Shown: positions 11,925 through 23,618, counted from the first letter of the whole stretch. The stretch: 63,187 bases of DNA, filler included, from Lenisia limosa (GCA_001655205.1; 21 parts of 21 records of this genome joined end to end with filler, not necessarily neighbours in it), one strand, 5' to 3'. The notes: generated by a model from the sequence alone, not told the origin. A program made the numbers and translations.

Positions 11925-14289
11925 AGTGATGTTTTCCTTTTTTCTCCCTCCGAGCCTCCTTGACGCGGAGAGTTGGCTCCTTCTTCCGTCGGGTGTTCTT
12001 TTCGGCCTTTAGTTTCCTAATACGGTCGCGCTCCTCTTCCTCAGCGGCAATACGGGCGTCAGCTGCTGCCTAATTTCGTAAGTCATCAAAGTTTAATTTT
12101 TCCTAATATAGTACATGATATTCCTAATATGGTAGATTTCCTTCGAAACAGTTACATCGTCCTTTTCTATTTGGGGTGTTTTTTGTTGAACAACCGTCAA
12201 TGGAGACTGTATTATAAAAAAAATAGAACTTCACTTTCGGTTCCAAAAGACTGACAAAATATCGATATTTATCGAGGATTTATCGAGATTTCAGTCTTTT
12301 TTGGAACCGAAAATCAAGTAAAAAAACAGTCTCATCCACGCACCTGTTTAGCCTCAGCCTCCTGTTTTTTCTTCAGGGACTCCTCCTCGATCTGCTGGTC
12401 AAGTCGCTTCTTCTGCTGCAATCGGATTTCTCGTTTCTGGGACGAGGTAAAATGAAGGACATTTTGATCTAAGCAAAAGGTACTCATCATAATAGTAAGA
12501 GATTAAGGGCGAGGCTATTGAACACAAATCATCGTGGTATGAAGAACACCCCCCCCCCAAGTACCCTCTGTTCATCTTCTCGCTTCTTTTGTCGCTCCGC
12601 TTCAGTGGTTTCCTAATATGGTAATTAATAAGGATTATGAGATGTAAAAGGTAAAATAACAACGATGGCAATACTCCCGGGTGTTAAACTGTAATAACTC
12701 TTTCACCTGTCAAGGTAATCTCGTACCTTGACAGGTTGGACCTTTTTTGTTCGCTTTCGCCGAGATTTTGAGGACTCAACAGGGTCAGCAAGCTAGGCAA
12801 TGAGAACGTTCAAACTGTTCGGAAATATCAAGATACTCTCGCTCAAAGGGTATGGGAATAATTCTGAAAAGAGCATGGTTATTTGGTATGATTGAAATAA
12901 TGTTTTTTTCATATAATACTATATACAAGCCCAAAAACAGAAAATCAGCTTACCTCCGATTTTTCTGGTGTGACCGCCTTCTTTTCCTTGACGGGAATGG
13001 ATTCGGGATCAGCTTTGGGGGGAGACTGGGTGATGCTGGTGAGAAGAAAACTGTACAAGTTGATTGGAGACCAGGGCTCGGAATCCTTAAATTGAACTCA
13101 TAGTATATATGATATAATATAGACATGAGAAATAAAATCTGGCTAGTAATATATAAAACCCAATGGCGCTACTTCGGTTCGAAAAAAGACTGAATTTCTT
13201 GATAAATCCTCGAAAACTATCGATATTTTGCTTTTTTTTTTTCGAACCAAAGTGAAGCCTTAGCGACCATCCATTCCATCCATCCCACTTTAGCTTCGGG
13301 CACGGGTTCTCTTGGCACAGTGGGGGGAGAAACAGGAGTCTTCTGCGGCCTTCTTCCCTTACCAAACTGAGTGGTTAAAAGATTGTCCTGCAATAAAGCT
13401 CTAAAACAAATCCTCCACAAGGTGAGCTGAAGAGAAAAGAAAATCTTTTGTGATTTGAGTATTGAGCAAGTGATATGATGAGGGTTTGAGCAAGTAATAT
13501 AATGAGAGTTTGAGCAAGTGATATGATGAGAGTTTGAGCAAGTGATATGATGAGAGTTTGAGCAAGTGATATGATGAGAGTTTTAGCAAGTGATATGATG
13601 AGAGTTTGAGCAGGTTCGTGAGTTCAGTAATTCTTCCCCCTTGTCCACATTTCTGTCAACCCCCAAAGTCATCGATGTGAGTAGTATGTCTGGCAACCCC
13701 TTTAGCCGTTTCTGAGGGTTGAGTGTTTTACGTCTTGTAAACTTTTTGACAACACCAAATCTATTGGGTCCGTTTTGGTATTGTCAAAAAGTTTGCGGGA
13801 CAAAAACCTTAACACCCAGAAACGGCTGAAAAGGGGTTCACAGATACTATCAAGAGCATAGTGAAATTCTGGAACCCCCCCCCCTCCTGTATGACCCGCA
13901 TACACGAACGGGCGGAAGTTTTTCTTTTTTCTTTTGCCAGCGCTCCTTTGGTGTGGGTTCTGGGGAGGGTCAGGGACAAGAAACAACAGTAATTTTTTTT
14001 TGTCAAAATAACCCCCAGAATGCGCCCTCTCAATATATGAAAAGAAAACTACATCATATTTAGCTAGAGCTTCACTTCGGTTCGAAAAAGACCGGAAAAA
14101 TATGGGTAGTTTTCAAGGATTTATCGAGAAATTCAGTCTTTTTTCGAACCGAAGTGAAGCCCTACATTCAGCTCAGAGACATCCTCTCATACGTGTTTCA
14201 TTGCAATAGCTGTTCAGCATGAGAATGTAGGTCTGGAGTTCGCCGTCAGTAACAGGTCCAAAAAGTGTGTTGGTGGAGGGATTTTGTAG
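11925..14289 (-). CDS. Multi-exon protein with a charged coiled-coil region (partial)
   Basis: GT-AG exons include LQNPSTNTLFGPVTDGELQTYILMLNSYCNET, ETTEAERQKKREDEQR, KREIRLQQKKRLDQQIEEESLKKKQEAEAKQ and AAADARIAAEEEERDRIRKLKAEKNTRRKK. Linking all exons into one gene is inferred. Confidence 0.55.
12226..12318. mobile_element. Family A MITE (intronic)
   Basis: TIRs plus core. Confidence 0.8.
13165..13260. mobile_element. Family A MITE (intronic)
   Basis: TIRs plus reverse core. Confidence 0.85.
13458..13612. repeat. Minisatellite, 24-bp unit GTTTGAGCAAGTGATATGATGAGA
   Basis: About 6 units, intronic. Confidence 0.95.
14067..14162. mobile_element. Family A MITE, near-consensus
   Basis: TA-GAGCTTCACTTCGGTTCGAAAAAGACC...GTCTTTTTTCGAACCGAAGTGAAGCCC-TA. 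Confidence 0.9.
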
Positions 14290-14569
14290 CTAGGAGGGGG
14301 GGAGGTAAAACGAAGGAAATTTAGATGAAGAATATTAGCGTAAAGGTACTAATCACGAACTGAATNNNNNNNNNNNNNNNNNNNNNNNNNNNNNNNNNNN
14401 NNNNNNNNNTTAATTAATTAANNNNNNNNNNNNNNNNNNNNNNNNNNNNNNNNNNNNNNNNNNNNAATAAACTTGTGCCTAGCCTTTTTATTATTATTTT
14501 ATTTTATTGTTTTACACAAATAATTACATGTTTTAGTTATATTTGGCAACTAATTGCCAATTCTTTCTG

Positions 14570-15365
14570 TTAGTCAGGCAATCCATTGGGATAGTATTTA
14601 TTACGTATCATATGCTCCGCGGTCGTAATCACGGCGGTACGCAGGAGGGGACGGACCGCGAGCTGGGGCCTGATGCAAACAGAGACGAATAGCAAGCTGA
14701 GATACCTGGTCGGAGGCGTGGATTCCGATGGAGGCGATGGCAAGGAGTTCTTGTTCCCCGGCGGCCTGGTGAACGGTAATAACATCGGCAAAGAGACAAG
14801 CTAGCTTTTTTTCCTCGAGAGGGGCCTTGCGTATTCAGAAAGGTATGGTTGGCAGACGACTGGGCATTATCCGGAGCCTGCTGGATAACGTGTTCGTGAG
14901 GGACGGCCTAGGGAGCGTTCGCGTTCTGGATCTGGGATTGAGCAAGGGGAGCCTGAAAGACTTGAGCGGGAGCCTGGGGATTCTGTCCTTGGGGATTCTG
15001 TCCTTGGGGATTCTGGGTCCTACTCGGGTCCTTGAAAGTGTTCTTTGTTCCACCTGGAGGCTTTTGGCGTCACTAATGCGCAGAACGAAGCTCCCAAGAT
15101 TCAAGTTCTCACAAATGGCAGTAATGATCTTATTGATGACCAGCTCCTAAATATCAAACTGAGACTCACCAAACCAGAAATTGTTCCTTCATCAAACAAT
15201 AGGCTTAGCGGCGTTGTACGTGACTACAGATTTTGGAGGGGATACTGATATTTAACTTGATATCTTTTTCATAGCATAGTCAACAATCTCCTCCATATTC
15301 TTTGCTCCCTTTGCCATCACGTAATGCCGCAATGTGTTTGGTGCCACATAGATTCCGAAATGAAC
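14570..15365 (-). pseudogene. Degenerate GC-rich coding-like segment with a Gln/Pro-rich repeat
   Basis: One frame reads TQNPQGQNPQGQNPQAPAQVFQAPLAQSQIQNANAP*AVPHEHVIQQAPDNAQ..., interrupted by stops. No family recognised. Confidence 0.25.
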
Positions 15366-16185
15366 CATTATTTCAATTAGCTAGGAAAATGATCTATTCA
15401 GAGTACATATAATATAAGGTCATAATGAAAATTTGGAGGGAAACTGGTTCATACCTGAAATCTCCTCGACAGAAACTTCATTTTAACACATCACATCAAT
15501 AAGACCGAAATCGTTGTTCCTACCTTCAACCCGAATGTTGTCTGCAGGCTCTAGAGAGGACAAAGATGACAATGGGGTTTTCTTGATTCTAGATGAACAT
15601 CAGATATAAGCTTGAGTAAAAGTGCCAAAACAACTCCAAAAAATTCTTACCGCAACAGGGCCTAATTGGTGGAGCAGGAGTGCAAGAGTCGGGCCAAGAT
15701 TGATGGCTCCAAACTAAAGAAATAATAGATAACATAAATTCCTTCACAATTTGATTGTCAGATGCCATACGTTTTGTGTTGTCTGAGGGTGTTAAAAGAT
15801 CAAAACTATGAATAAAACGTTTTTCTCGCCGTTCCACAAACCTCCAGGCGAGCAATCAAAACAAGTCTTCAGCTTTCTGTGTTCAAAAGTAATAGACTTG
15901 CAACTTACTTCTAACTTATAACCTTTCTAAACTGTGAAGAGCGTCAATATAATATTTCAAATCTTGCTCACCCAAAGTATAGCAAAATTTCAAAAAAAAA
16001 ACCCATTTGTGGGGGGGGGGGGNNNNNNNNNNNNNNNNNNNNNNNNNNNNNNNNNNNNNNNNNNNNTTAATTAATTAANNNNNNNNNNNNNNNNNNNNNN
16101 NNNNNNNNNNNNNNNNNNNNNNATAGACTTTATATACTGTGTGTGTATGGGTATGTGTGGGATCATCACATAATTAATCTGCATA

Positions 16186-16263
16186 CAGTGACCGGGATAA
16201 GTCTTGACCGATTTGCTATGTTATTTCCCAAGGGAAGTCGGTCAAGACTTATCCCGGTTACTT
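16186..16263. mobile_element. Family D Tc1/mariner-type MITE
   Basis: TA-CAGTGACCGGGATAAGTCTTGACCGA...TCGGTCAAGACTTATCCCGGTTAC, roughly 26-bp TIRs. Confidence 0.85.
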
Positions 16264-16832
16264 GAGTATGTGGGTGTGGGGTATTAAGCTTATATACATA
16301 GATAACGTATATCTGATACGGTATGGGTGATGTTATTATATTGCTGGTACGTGTGCTACTGGAGCAGGGGGTGACAGAAAACAAAGAATACTTTCACAGA
16401 TTTTAAAATATTTTCATGTTTCAAAAAGAATATTAATGACTTTCTTGTTTTCAAAGAAAGTGAATTGTGACTCCTCTTGTAGACCCGGATTTCTCCTACC
16501 CAGCAAGATGCGGGGTGATGTTACCCCATGTAAACAGGCTAATGGATAAAATATCCATTTCTGGTGGGTGGTTTGGGAGACAAATAATCTCTGATTCATC
16601 TTCGTAAAACAATTAATTACCCTGTATTCTTCCTTTTAAACAATAACTTACCCTGTTTAGAGTTATTTGTCCCCTTTTTGTACAACATTTATTTTCCCTT
16701 TGAAAAATTCAAACATTTTAGTTTTTTCGTTCTTTGAAATATTTTCTTACCCTGTTTAGAGTTTATCTTCCCCTTCCTTTACAACGATAATGGCTCGGTA
16801 AGCTTGGATGCTCTTTATTCGTGTGTCATATA

Positions 16833-17012
16833 CAGTGACCGGGCGAGTCTTGACCTATTTTCAAGACCTTCACTTTTGGTTCCAAATGGCATGAAAAATA
16901 TCGATATTTATCGAGGATTTATCGAGAATTCAGTCTTTTTTGGAACCGAAAGGGAAGCTCTAATATTTTCCGTGGGAAGTTCATTTAGTAAATCGGTCAA
17001 GACTTTTCCGTG
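16833..17012. mobile_element. Family D MITE interrupted by family A
   Basis: Left arm 16833-16858, right arm about 16994-17012. Confidence 0.7.
16866..16960. mobile_element. Family A MITE nested in a family D element
   Basis: TIRs plus core, lying between the two arms of D. Confidence 0.8.
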
Positions 17013-17143
17013 GCATATACAGAAATCTAGATAGTATATATAGTATATACTATTGATATATCTGTACAATAACAATTTGGGGAAATAAACACATATCTGT
17101 GAATATTTTATTGTTTCCTTATATTTTTAACGTATTATATGTA

Positions 17144-17235
17144 GGGCTTTCCTGTTCGAAAAAAGACTGAATTTCTCGATAAATCCACGAAAACTATCGA
17201 AATTTTACTGGTCTTTTTCAACCGAAGTGAAGCCT
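17144..17235. mobile_element. Family A MITE
   Basis: TIRs plus reverse core. Confidence 0.85.
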
Positions 17236-17653
17236 TAATTAATGAAATGATCCTATTTCTTGACCAAAAATATGCTTCCGACATTTCCAGAGATTCGTTT
17301 GGGTGCACCCCCCTTGGTGTGAGCAAATTCTCTCCTTCCGACAAAATGAGCCTTTCGAGGTTGGTGGCAAGACAGTATCAAAATAATATTATGCATAATT
17401 AGATCATATTGGGTCATTTTCATGCGTGGGAACTGTCATTTTGCATAGTAATATGATCAAATTCTCTCCTTCAAACAAACCAAGCCATTCGGAATTGGTT
17501 ACAAAAGAATGTACATATCCGGCGGTGATATTGAAGTTGGTGACAATATACAGNNNNNNNNNNNNNNNNNNNNNNNNNNNNNNNNNNNNNNNNNNNNTTA
17601 ATTAATTAANNNNNNNNNNNNNNNNNNNNNNNNNNNNNNNNNNNNNNNNNNNN

Positions 17654-17922
17654 GTGAAAGGCCAATCAAACTTCGTGATAGCTGGTTCTCTCCGAAATAT
17701 ATTTAGGTATAGCCTCTAGTAGTAGCATGTAGGGGTAGAGCACTGAATGGGCTAGGGCTGCTTACCGCGGTACCAAACCCTATCAAACTTCGAATACTAC
17801 ATGTGCAATCTAGGGAGTCAGGCGTAGGGTGATAAAATCCTATGTCGAGAGGGGAACAACCCAGACTAACAGCTAAGGTCCCAAAGTTACATCTAAGTGG
17901 AAAACGATGTGGAGTTACTGTG

Positions 17923-17971
<49 letters not shown>

Positions 17972-18789
17972 CAGCTCACTGGTCTAGTGATTCTGCGCGG
18001 AAAATATAACGGGGCTAAGATGTACACCGAAGCTTTAGACTCAATTTATTGAGTGGTAGGAGAGCGTTCTATTCAGCGTTGAAGATGTACCGGTAAGGAG
18101 CGTTGGAGCGGATAGAAGTGAGCATGCAGGCATGAGTAGCGATAAAAGAGGTGAGAATCCTCTTCGCCGAAAACCCAAGGTTTCCTACGCGATGCTCGTC
18201 ATCGTAGGGTTAGTCGGGTCCTAAGTCGAGTCCGAAAGGGGTAGACGATGGCAAATTGATTAATATTTCAATACCAACAATTAAGCGCGACGTGGGGACG
18301 CATAGAGTTAATCGAGCTCACTGATGGAATAGTGGGTCGAAGGACGTAGGTCGTATCTTAGGCAAATCCGGGATACACGAGACCGAGATCTTACAGGCTA
18401 TTGACGCCCTTCGGGGAAGATTTAGAATCGATGATACTGTCGTGCCAAGAAAAGCCACTAAGTTTATTAATTGTTGCCCGTACCGTAAACCGACACAGGT
18501 AGGTGGGATGAGTATTCTAAGGCGCGTGGAAGAACCCTGGTTAAGGAACTCTGCAAACTAGCACCGTATCTTCGGTAGAAGGTGTGCCTACTTTTGTATT
18601 AGAGATTTACTCTCGAAAGCGAAAGAGGTTGCAACAAAGAGTCCCTCCCGACTGTTTACCAAAAACACAGCACTTTGCTAACACGTAAGTGGATGTATAA
18701 GGTGTGACGCCTGCCCGGTGCTCGAAGGTTAACTGATGATGTCAGCGCAAGCGAAGCATTTGATTGAAGCCCGAGTAAACGGCGGCCGT
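17654..18789 (+). rRNA. rrl: Bacterial 23S rRNA fragment (domains II-IV), probably Campylobacterota
   Basis: Universal LSU motifs GATAGCTGGTTCTC, GGAGGTTGGCTTAGAAGCAGCCA, CGTACCGTAAACCGACACAGGT and GTAAACGGCGGCCGT. CTTCGTGATAGCTGGTTCTCTCCGAAATATATTTAGGTATAGC and GTGATTCTGCGCGGAAAATATAACGGGGCTAA match Campylobacter/Arcobacter-type 23S as I recall it. It fills a whole contig. Confidence 0.96.
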
Positions 18790-19141
18790 NNNNNNNNNNN
18801 NNNNNNNNNNNNNNNNNNNNNNNNNNNNNNNNNTTAATTAATTAANNNNNNNNNNNNNNNNNNNNNNNNNNNNNNNNNNNNNNNNNNNNCAAGCACAGGT
18901 GCAACAACATCGGAAACTGCGGAGGCCCATCGGAGGCAAATCTAAGGTATGAGTGGAGGTAAATGTCATAAGAGGAGGGTAAATGTCGGCGTGGATGGGA
19001 GGTAAATCTATCTTAAGGCAAATATGAAAAGAAAAGAAGGAAGATAAAAAAGATTAAAAAGAACATTTAATGTTCAAATACCAAGTTCCTCCACCCAAAA
19101 CATTTAAAGAAATCCAAAACGTGTTTCAAAACCCCTCATAC

Positions 19142-20829
19142 AAGTTCCATAGGGGTGGCAATATCCTCATCTAGAACCTCGAGTGTTCCCTCGGCTTCCC
19201 AAAGGCGGTCTTGGCTGTCAACGTACTCCACACTGGGACCCTCTGCTCCAGAGGGCNNNNNNNNNNNNNNNNNNNNNNNNNNNNNNNNNNNNNNNNNNNN
19301 NNNNNNNNNNNNNNNNNNNNNNNNNNNNNNNNNNNNNNNNNNNNNNNNNNNNNNNNNNNNNNNNNNNNNNNNNATACACAAAGAAAGCAAAATGAGATTT
19401 GATCAAGGAAAATTATCATAATAATAATAATATTGAGAAATGATGCAGGAAAGGAACTGAACAATAGAGACATCAAAGGCCACACCTTCAAGGGACCTCC
19501 ATCCTTCATGGTGTTCAACCGCGATTCAATATCGCCAAGCTTCTCAAAGAGGGGCGACTGTCCGAAGAGCTCCATCCATTGGTCATCGGTTCGGCCGATC
19601 GGAACTTCACGCACAACCTCAACCTCACGCACAACCTCCACCTCCTTGACCACCTCACGGACCCCGGCTTCACCAGGAGATGATGAAGTCACCATCCTGC
19701 TCTGACCCGTCGGCAAGCTAGCGGCCTTCCGAGCCTCTTCAGCCTCACGCCTCTCCTCCTCCTGACGGTCCTTGGCCTCCTTCTGCTCCTTAGCCTCCTT
19801 GGCTGCCTGCATAGCCGCTGTCTTCAGAGCCGCCAAACGCTGTTTTCTCTGCTCTTCAGCCTGGCGTTCTTGGGCGTCCGCAAGCTCCTTAGCCTCTTGC
19901 TCAATCTTCCTTGCCTCCAAGTCGGCCTTTTCCTTGGCTTCGCGGATCTGCTTGGCCATGGCTTCCTCTGCTGCCTTAGCCTTCTTCTGCCTCTTCAGCT
20001 CCCTCTTCTTGGCAAGCTTGTCCTTCAGTACGGCCTAAGAGGGAGTGGGAAACAGACTCTTGTTTGATGATGAATACTATTCGAATAATATCGTATCAGA
20101 GTATCATTAAATCAGTGTTATCTCTCTGGAAAACACAAGGTGTTTAAGACAACTTACCAGAAGCAAAGTGAAACCCACAAAACATATCAATAAAAAAAAA
20201 AGCCTCTGACCTGCTGTCTAAACCGCTCATCATCCAGATTGGCTTCAAGTCGCTTGAGCTGTTGGGAGTGTTCCTGGAGGACTGCCGCCTTCTGTTCTTC
20301 ACTGACGTCACCAAGCTTAGCTAATTCTTCCTGGGGGGGGGGGGTAAAGGTAGAATACTTTGATGAAGAATATTGGTGTCAAGGGAGAATGTATATCAAG
20401 TTGAAAACAATACTACATATTCAAACAAGTGAGAGGATATTCATATACACAAAAATTAAGCTTGTTCAAGAATCTCCTCTCTAAGAAGCTGTTAACAGAG
20501 ATAAAATTATAGCGCCACCAACTTGCTGCCGCTGCTTCTTCTCATTCACGAGGGCCTCTTGGCGTTCTTGGAGCTGCAGCATAGCCTGAGTTGGGTAAAC
20601 AAGGGCACAGGAATCAGCAAGTGATGAAGTGGCTCAAAAGAGAATAATAGACTTTCTTGAAAGATTGTTTCTAAACAATGGTGAAGTGAATGTTTTTCTT
20701 CACCCCTCCCCCCACCTTTTCTGCCCGTGCATCTTCCTTCTCCTTATCCTCGGCAATCTGAGCTTCTAGGGCCTTCATCTTCCGCTCGTACTCTGCCTGT
20801 TGCTGCGCCTCAAACACTACCTTCTCCTC
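19142..20829 (-). CDS. Internal exons of a large coiled-coil protein
   Basis: Phase-0 exons EEKVVFEAQQQAEYERKMKALE..., AMLQLQERQEALVNEKKQRQQ, EELAKLGDVSEEQKAAVLQEHSQQLKRLE..., AVLKDKLAKKRELKRQKK...PLK, and VEYVDSQDRLWEAEGTLEVLDEDIATPMEL. Confidence 0.75.
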
Positions 20830-20876
20830 CTGGAACAGGTAATGCTCCAGTCAAATAGAATAATATGTTGAGATAA

Positions 20877-20988
20877 GATGAGAAATAAAAAAAGGTTGTA
20901 TTTGGTAGAAGCCGTCCGTCCACACCATCACGCTCATAAGAGATATTGGATTATAGCATTACATTAATTCACCCAGTCATTTGCCATA
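20877..20988. repeat. Family C interspersed repeat (longest copy)
   Basis: GATGAGAAATAAAAAAAGGTTGTAT.TGG..GAAGCCGTCC..CACCATCACGCTCA.AAGAGATATTGGATTATAG...TTAATTCACCCA.TCATTTGCCATA. Other copies or fragments near 2130, 2745, 7530-7700, 8590, 8945, 11150-11220, 11504-11575, 22230-22315, 23415, 32870, 45510 and 51697. Confidence 0.85.
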
Positions 20989-20989
20989 A

Positions 20990-21049
<60 letters not shown>

Positions 21050-21050
21050 C
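20990..21050. repeat. (CAA)n microsatellite
   Basis: About 20 units to the contig end, directly following the family C copy. Confidence 0.95.
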
Positions 21051-21169
21051 NNNNNNNNNNNNNNNNNNNNNNNNNNNNNNNNNNNNNNNNNNNNTTAATT
21101 AATTAANNNNNNNNNNNNNNNNNNNNNNNNNNNNNNNNNNNNNNNNNNNNGTCTTTAACTGTATGATTA

Positions 21170-21263
21170 GGGCTCACTTCGGTCAGGAAACAGACTGAAT
21201 TTTTCGATAAATCCTCGAAATATATCGATTTTTGCCGGTCTTTTTTGAACCGAAGTGAAGCCC
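21170..21263. mobile_element. Family A MITE
   Basis: TA-flanked, TIRs plus reverse core. Confidence 0.85.
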
Positions 21264-21325
21264 TATGTATGATTGATGTTATCATCAACACTGAGCCTAT
21301 TCTGCAAAAAGTAACCTCAATTCAG

Positions 21326-23374
21326 GTCATTCTTCGACCACAATCCCCACCAGTTCTCGTTCCTGTCTAAATCAACCCGTCGTTGTGGTGGAGGTTGCTG
21401 GGGATTTAGAAGTATATAGTCGACCGCTGGATCTCTATGATCCTAGTTTCAATAGAGACTTTACTGCAAAAAAGAAATATCAAATACAAGACCATCTTGG
21501 GTGACAACATTAAAGTCATAGTGATAGTAATAGTGGTAATTGTTTTTGCAAGAGTAGAAAACGTTTAGTTAGAGAAGAAAAGGTAGCGAAATTTGTGAAA
21601 CACAAGGACTTGGAGAATATTTCCGATTCAAGATTTCAGATTTCCTCCCTATCCTTATATTACCTGTATATTATGTGAATGTGGTGGTTTGTTGTTTTTT
21701 CAAAAATTGTTCAATTTCACACCCCAGGGCCCAATATTCTTTTCGACACCGTGGAGACATGGTCGGAGAAATCGCCGAAATCGCGACCACACTTCTGGCC
21801 CCTCCAAACGGCCCTCCTTGTACGCCCTGGCATTTGGTTTACCTTAGTTGAATTAGCGCGATAATCAAATAAACTTGATTTTTCAAGAAATGTTATAATG
21901 TGCACAGGTTAGAAAATTAGGCAAATGATTGGGTGAATTAGTATTAGAAATAGTATTTGGTTCGAAAAAAGACTGAATTTTTCGATAAAGCCTCGAAAAC
22001 TATCGACATTTAACGAGTCTTTTTCGAACCGGAGTGAAGTTCTACATATCGATATACTCATTCATATATACTTTCATCTGACAATCTAGCTGCTCTGCCC
22101 CGACATCCTGGTGGACTTGATTCTCAAGAAGAACAACCTTGGAGAGACACAAATGAAGGTATTTGGAGGTGAAGATTGTAGTTGCGGTATAACTTGTAAC
22201 ACAAATGTTTGTGAGATTACTATTAGATGTATATAAGATAGTATATCATAATCCAATATCTCTTGATGTCAACGGATTCGGGCAGAAACAATTTTTTCTT
22301 ATCTTGATACTAATCGTATTATTTACATGTATAAATGGATTGTATGTTCATCCAGAGAATAATCCTTGCCTATTCATTCTCACACGTTCACTCTTTAGAA
22401 CAAGTTCCTTCAGGAGCTTCATGATGCCCTTAATGTAAGCCCAAATAGACACCTATTTTAAGTCCATATATGAAAATCATATGATTTGTATAAATAATAT
22501 AATTATATAATACTATGCATGAACAATGCATGATATTGCATATCACAGAGTGTTGTTTGACTTACTTGGTAGTAAATAATTATTGATCTGGATACTTTGT
22601 GAACCAATATGACCAACATGGACTGTAAAATAGCACAAACAGGCCGTATTTGATTTATAAGACCTGAATTACTTTTGAAATTATTCATTTTTGGCTTTTG
22701 TAATTCATTTTCTTGGATGATGGATCTTTAGTTATAATAAATACAACTTCTTCCCGATTGATTTCGTACCACTGTCATCTTTCAGAACCCCAAGAGCCAC
22801 ATGCACAACACTGCTATTGCTTGTTTTACTGATATCGTGCTCGCCGCTGCCCATGTAGAGAAACNNNNNNNNNNNNNNNNNNNNNNNNNNNNNNNNNNNN
22901 NNNNNNNNNNNNNNNNNNNNNNNNNNNNNNNNNNNNNNNNNNNNNNNNNNNNNNNNNNNNNNNNNNNNNNNNNNNNNNCAACTTTTCAAACATGTTAAAC
23001 AAGCTTTCTTGCGGGATATAATATACTGCGATAATTGTAGTGTACAAGCTTTTTTGCCAGATTATGTGTGTCATGACAAATCGCATTTATGACTTCCAGA
23101 CATGTCATCTCTTCGGTTCATTTCTGCTGATGTGGATAATATTCTGACGGTATGAGGGATATTGGTGGTTGTGTTGGAGGTAAGGCTTCACATCGGTTCA
23201 AAAAAGACTGGTAAAATTTGAGGGTTTATTGAGAAATTCGGTCTTTTTTCGGTTGATGTGTTTTTTTGAGCAGTTTTTTTTGGAAATTTCATTTTTCTTT
23301 GGATTAGTTTGACATCTATAGCAACGTTGTATTCTTCACCCTGAATCCCCCCCTTCTCCCAAGCTCATTATCGG
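21326..23374 (+). CDS. NF1: Neurofibromin / IRA-like RasGAP, N-terminal HEAT region (7 internal exons)
   Basis: Exons 21326-21393, 21728-21819, 22090-22158, 22399-22434, 22786-gap, 23100-23149 and 23322-23374 give SFFDHNPHQF...GGPNILFDTVETW...FWPLQTALLLLCPDIL...KFLQELHDAL...AIACFTDIVLAA...ILHPESP. This is collinear with NF1 LFDxVDGF...VWPLQIILLILCPEI...LFLDSLRKAL...AAIACVKLCKA...LLFNPSKP. Confidence 0.82.
21955..22042. mobile_element. Family A MITE in NF1 intron
   Basis: TIRs plus reverse core. Confidence 0.8.
23183..23253. mobile_element. Family A MITE, degenerate, in NF1 intron
   Basis: Left TIR plus partial core. Confidence 0.7.
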
Positions 23375-23540
23375 GTAAGCTGAGTGCAGAGAGTTGTAAG
23401 GAATATGATGGATTATATTATAATCAAATATCTCTTNNNNNNNNNNNNNNNNNNNNNNNNNNNNNNNNNNNNNNNNNNNNTTAATTAATTAANNNNNNNN
23501 NNNNNNNNNNNNNNNNNNNNNNNNNNNNNNNNNNNNTATT

Positions 23541-23618
23541 ATTGACCGGGATAAGTCCTGACAGATTTTCCTTGGGGAAATCACATAGCATATCGGTCAA
23601 GACTTATCCCGGTCACTG
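23541..23618. mobile_element. Family D MITE
   Basis: TGACCGGGATAAGTCCTGAC...GTCAAGACTTATCCCGGTCACTG. Confidence 0.85.

Noticed and set aside
14880-14925. Non-standard genetic code (TAG=Gln)
   Set aside because: It rests on a single instance in a degenerate region. Conserved genes contain no in-frame TAA/TAG, and TAA terminates eRF3 and Tim9.
17654-18789. Mitochondrial or plastid LSU rRNA
   Set aside because: GC content and helix conservation look like a free-living bacterium, and the recalled signatures are not alphaproteobacterial or cyanobacterial. This was not formally tested.
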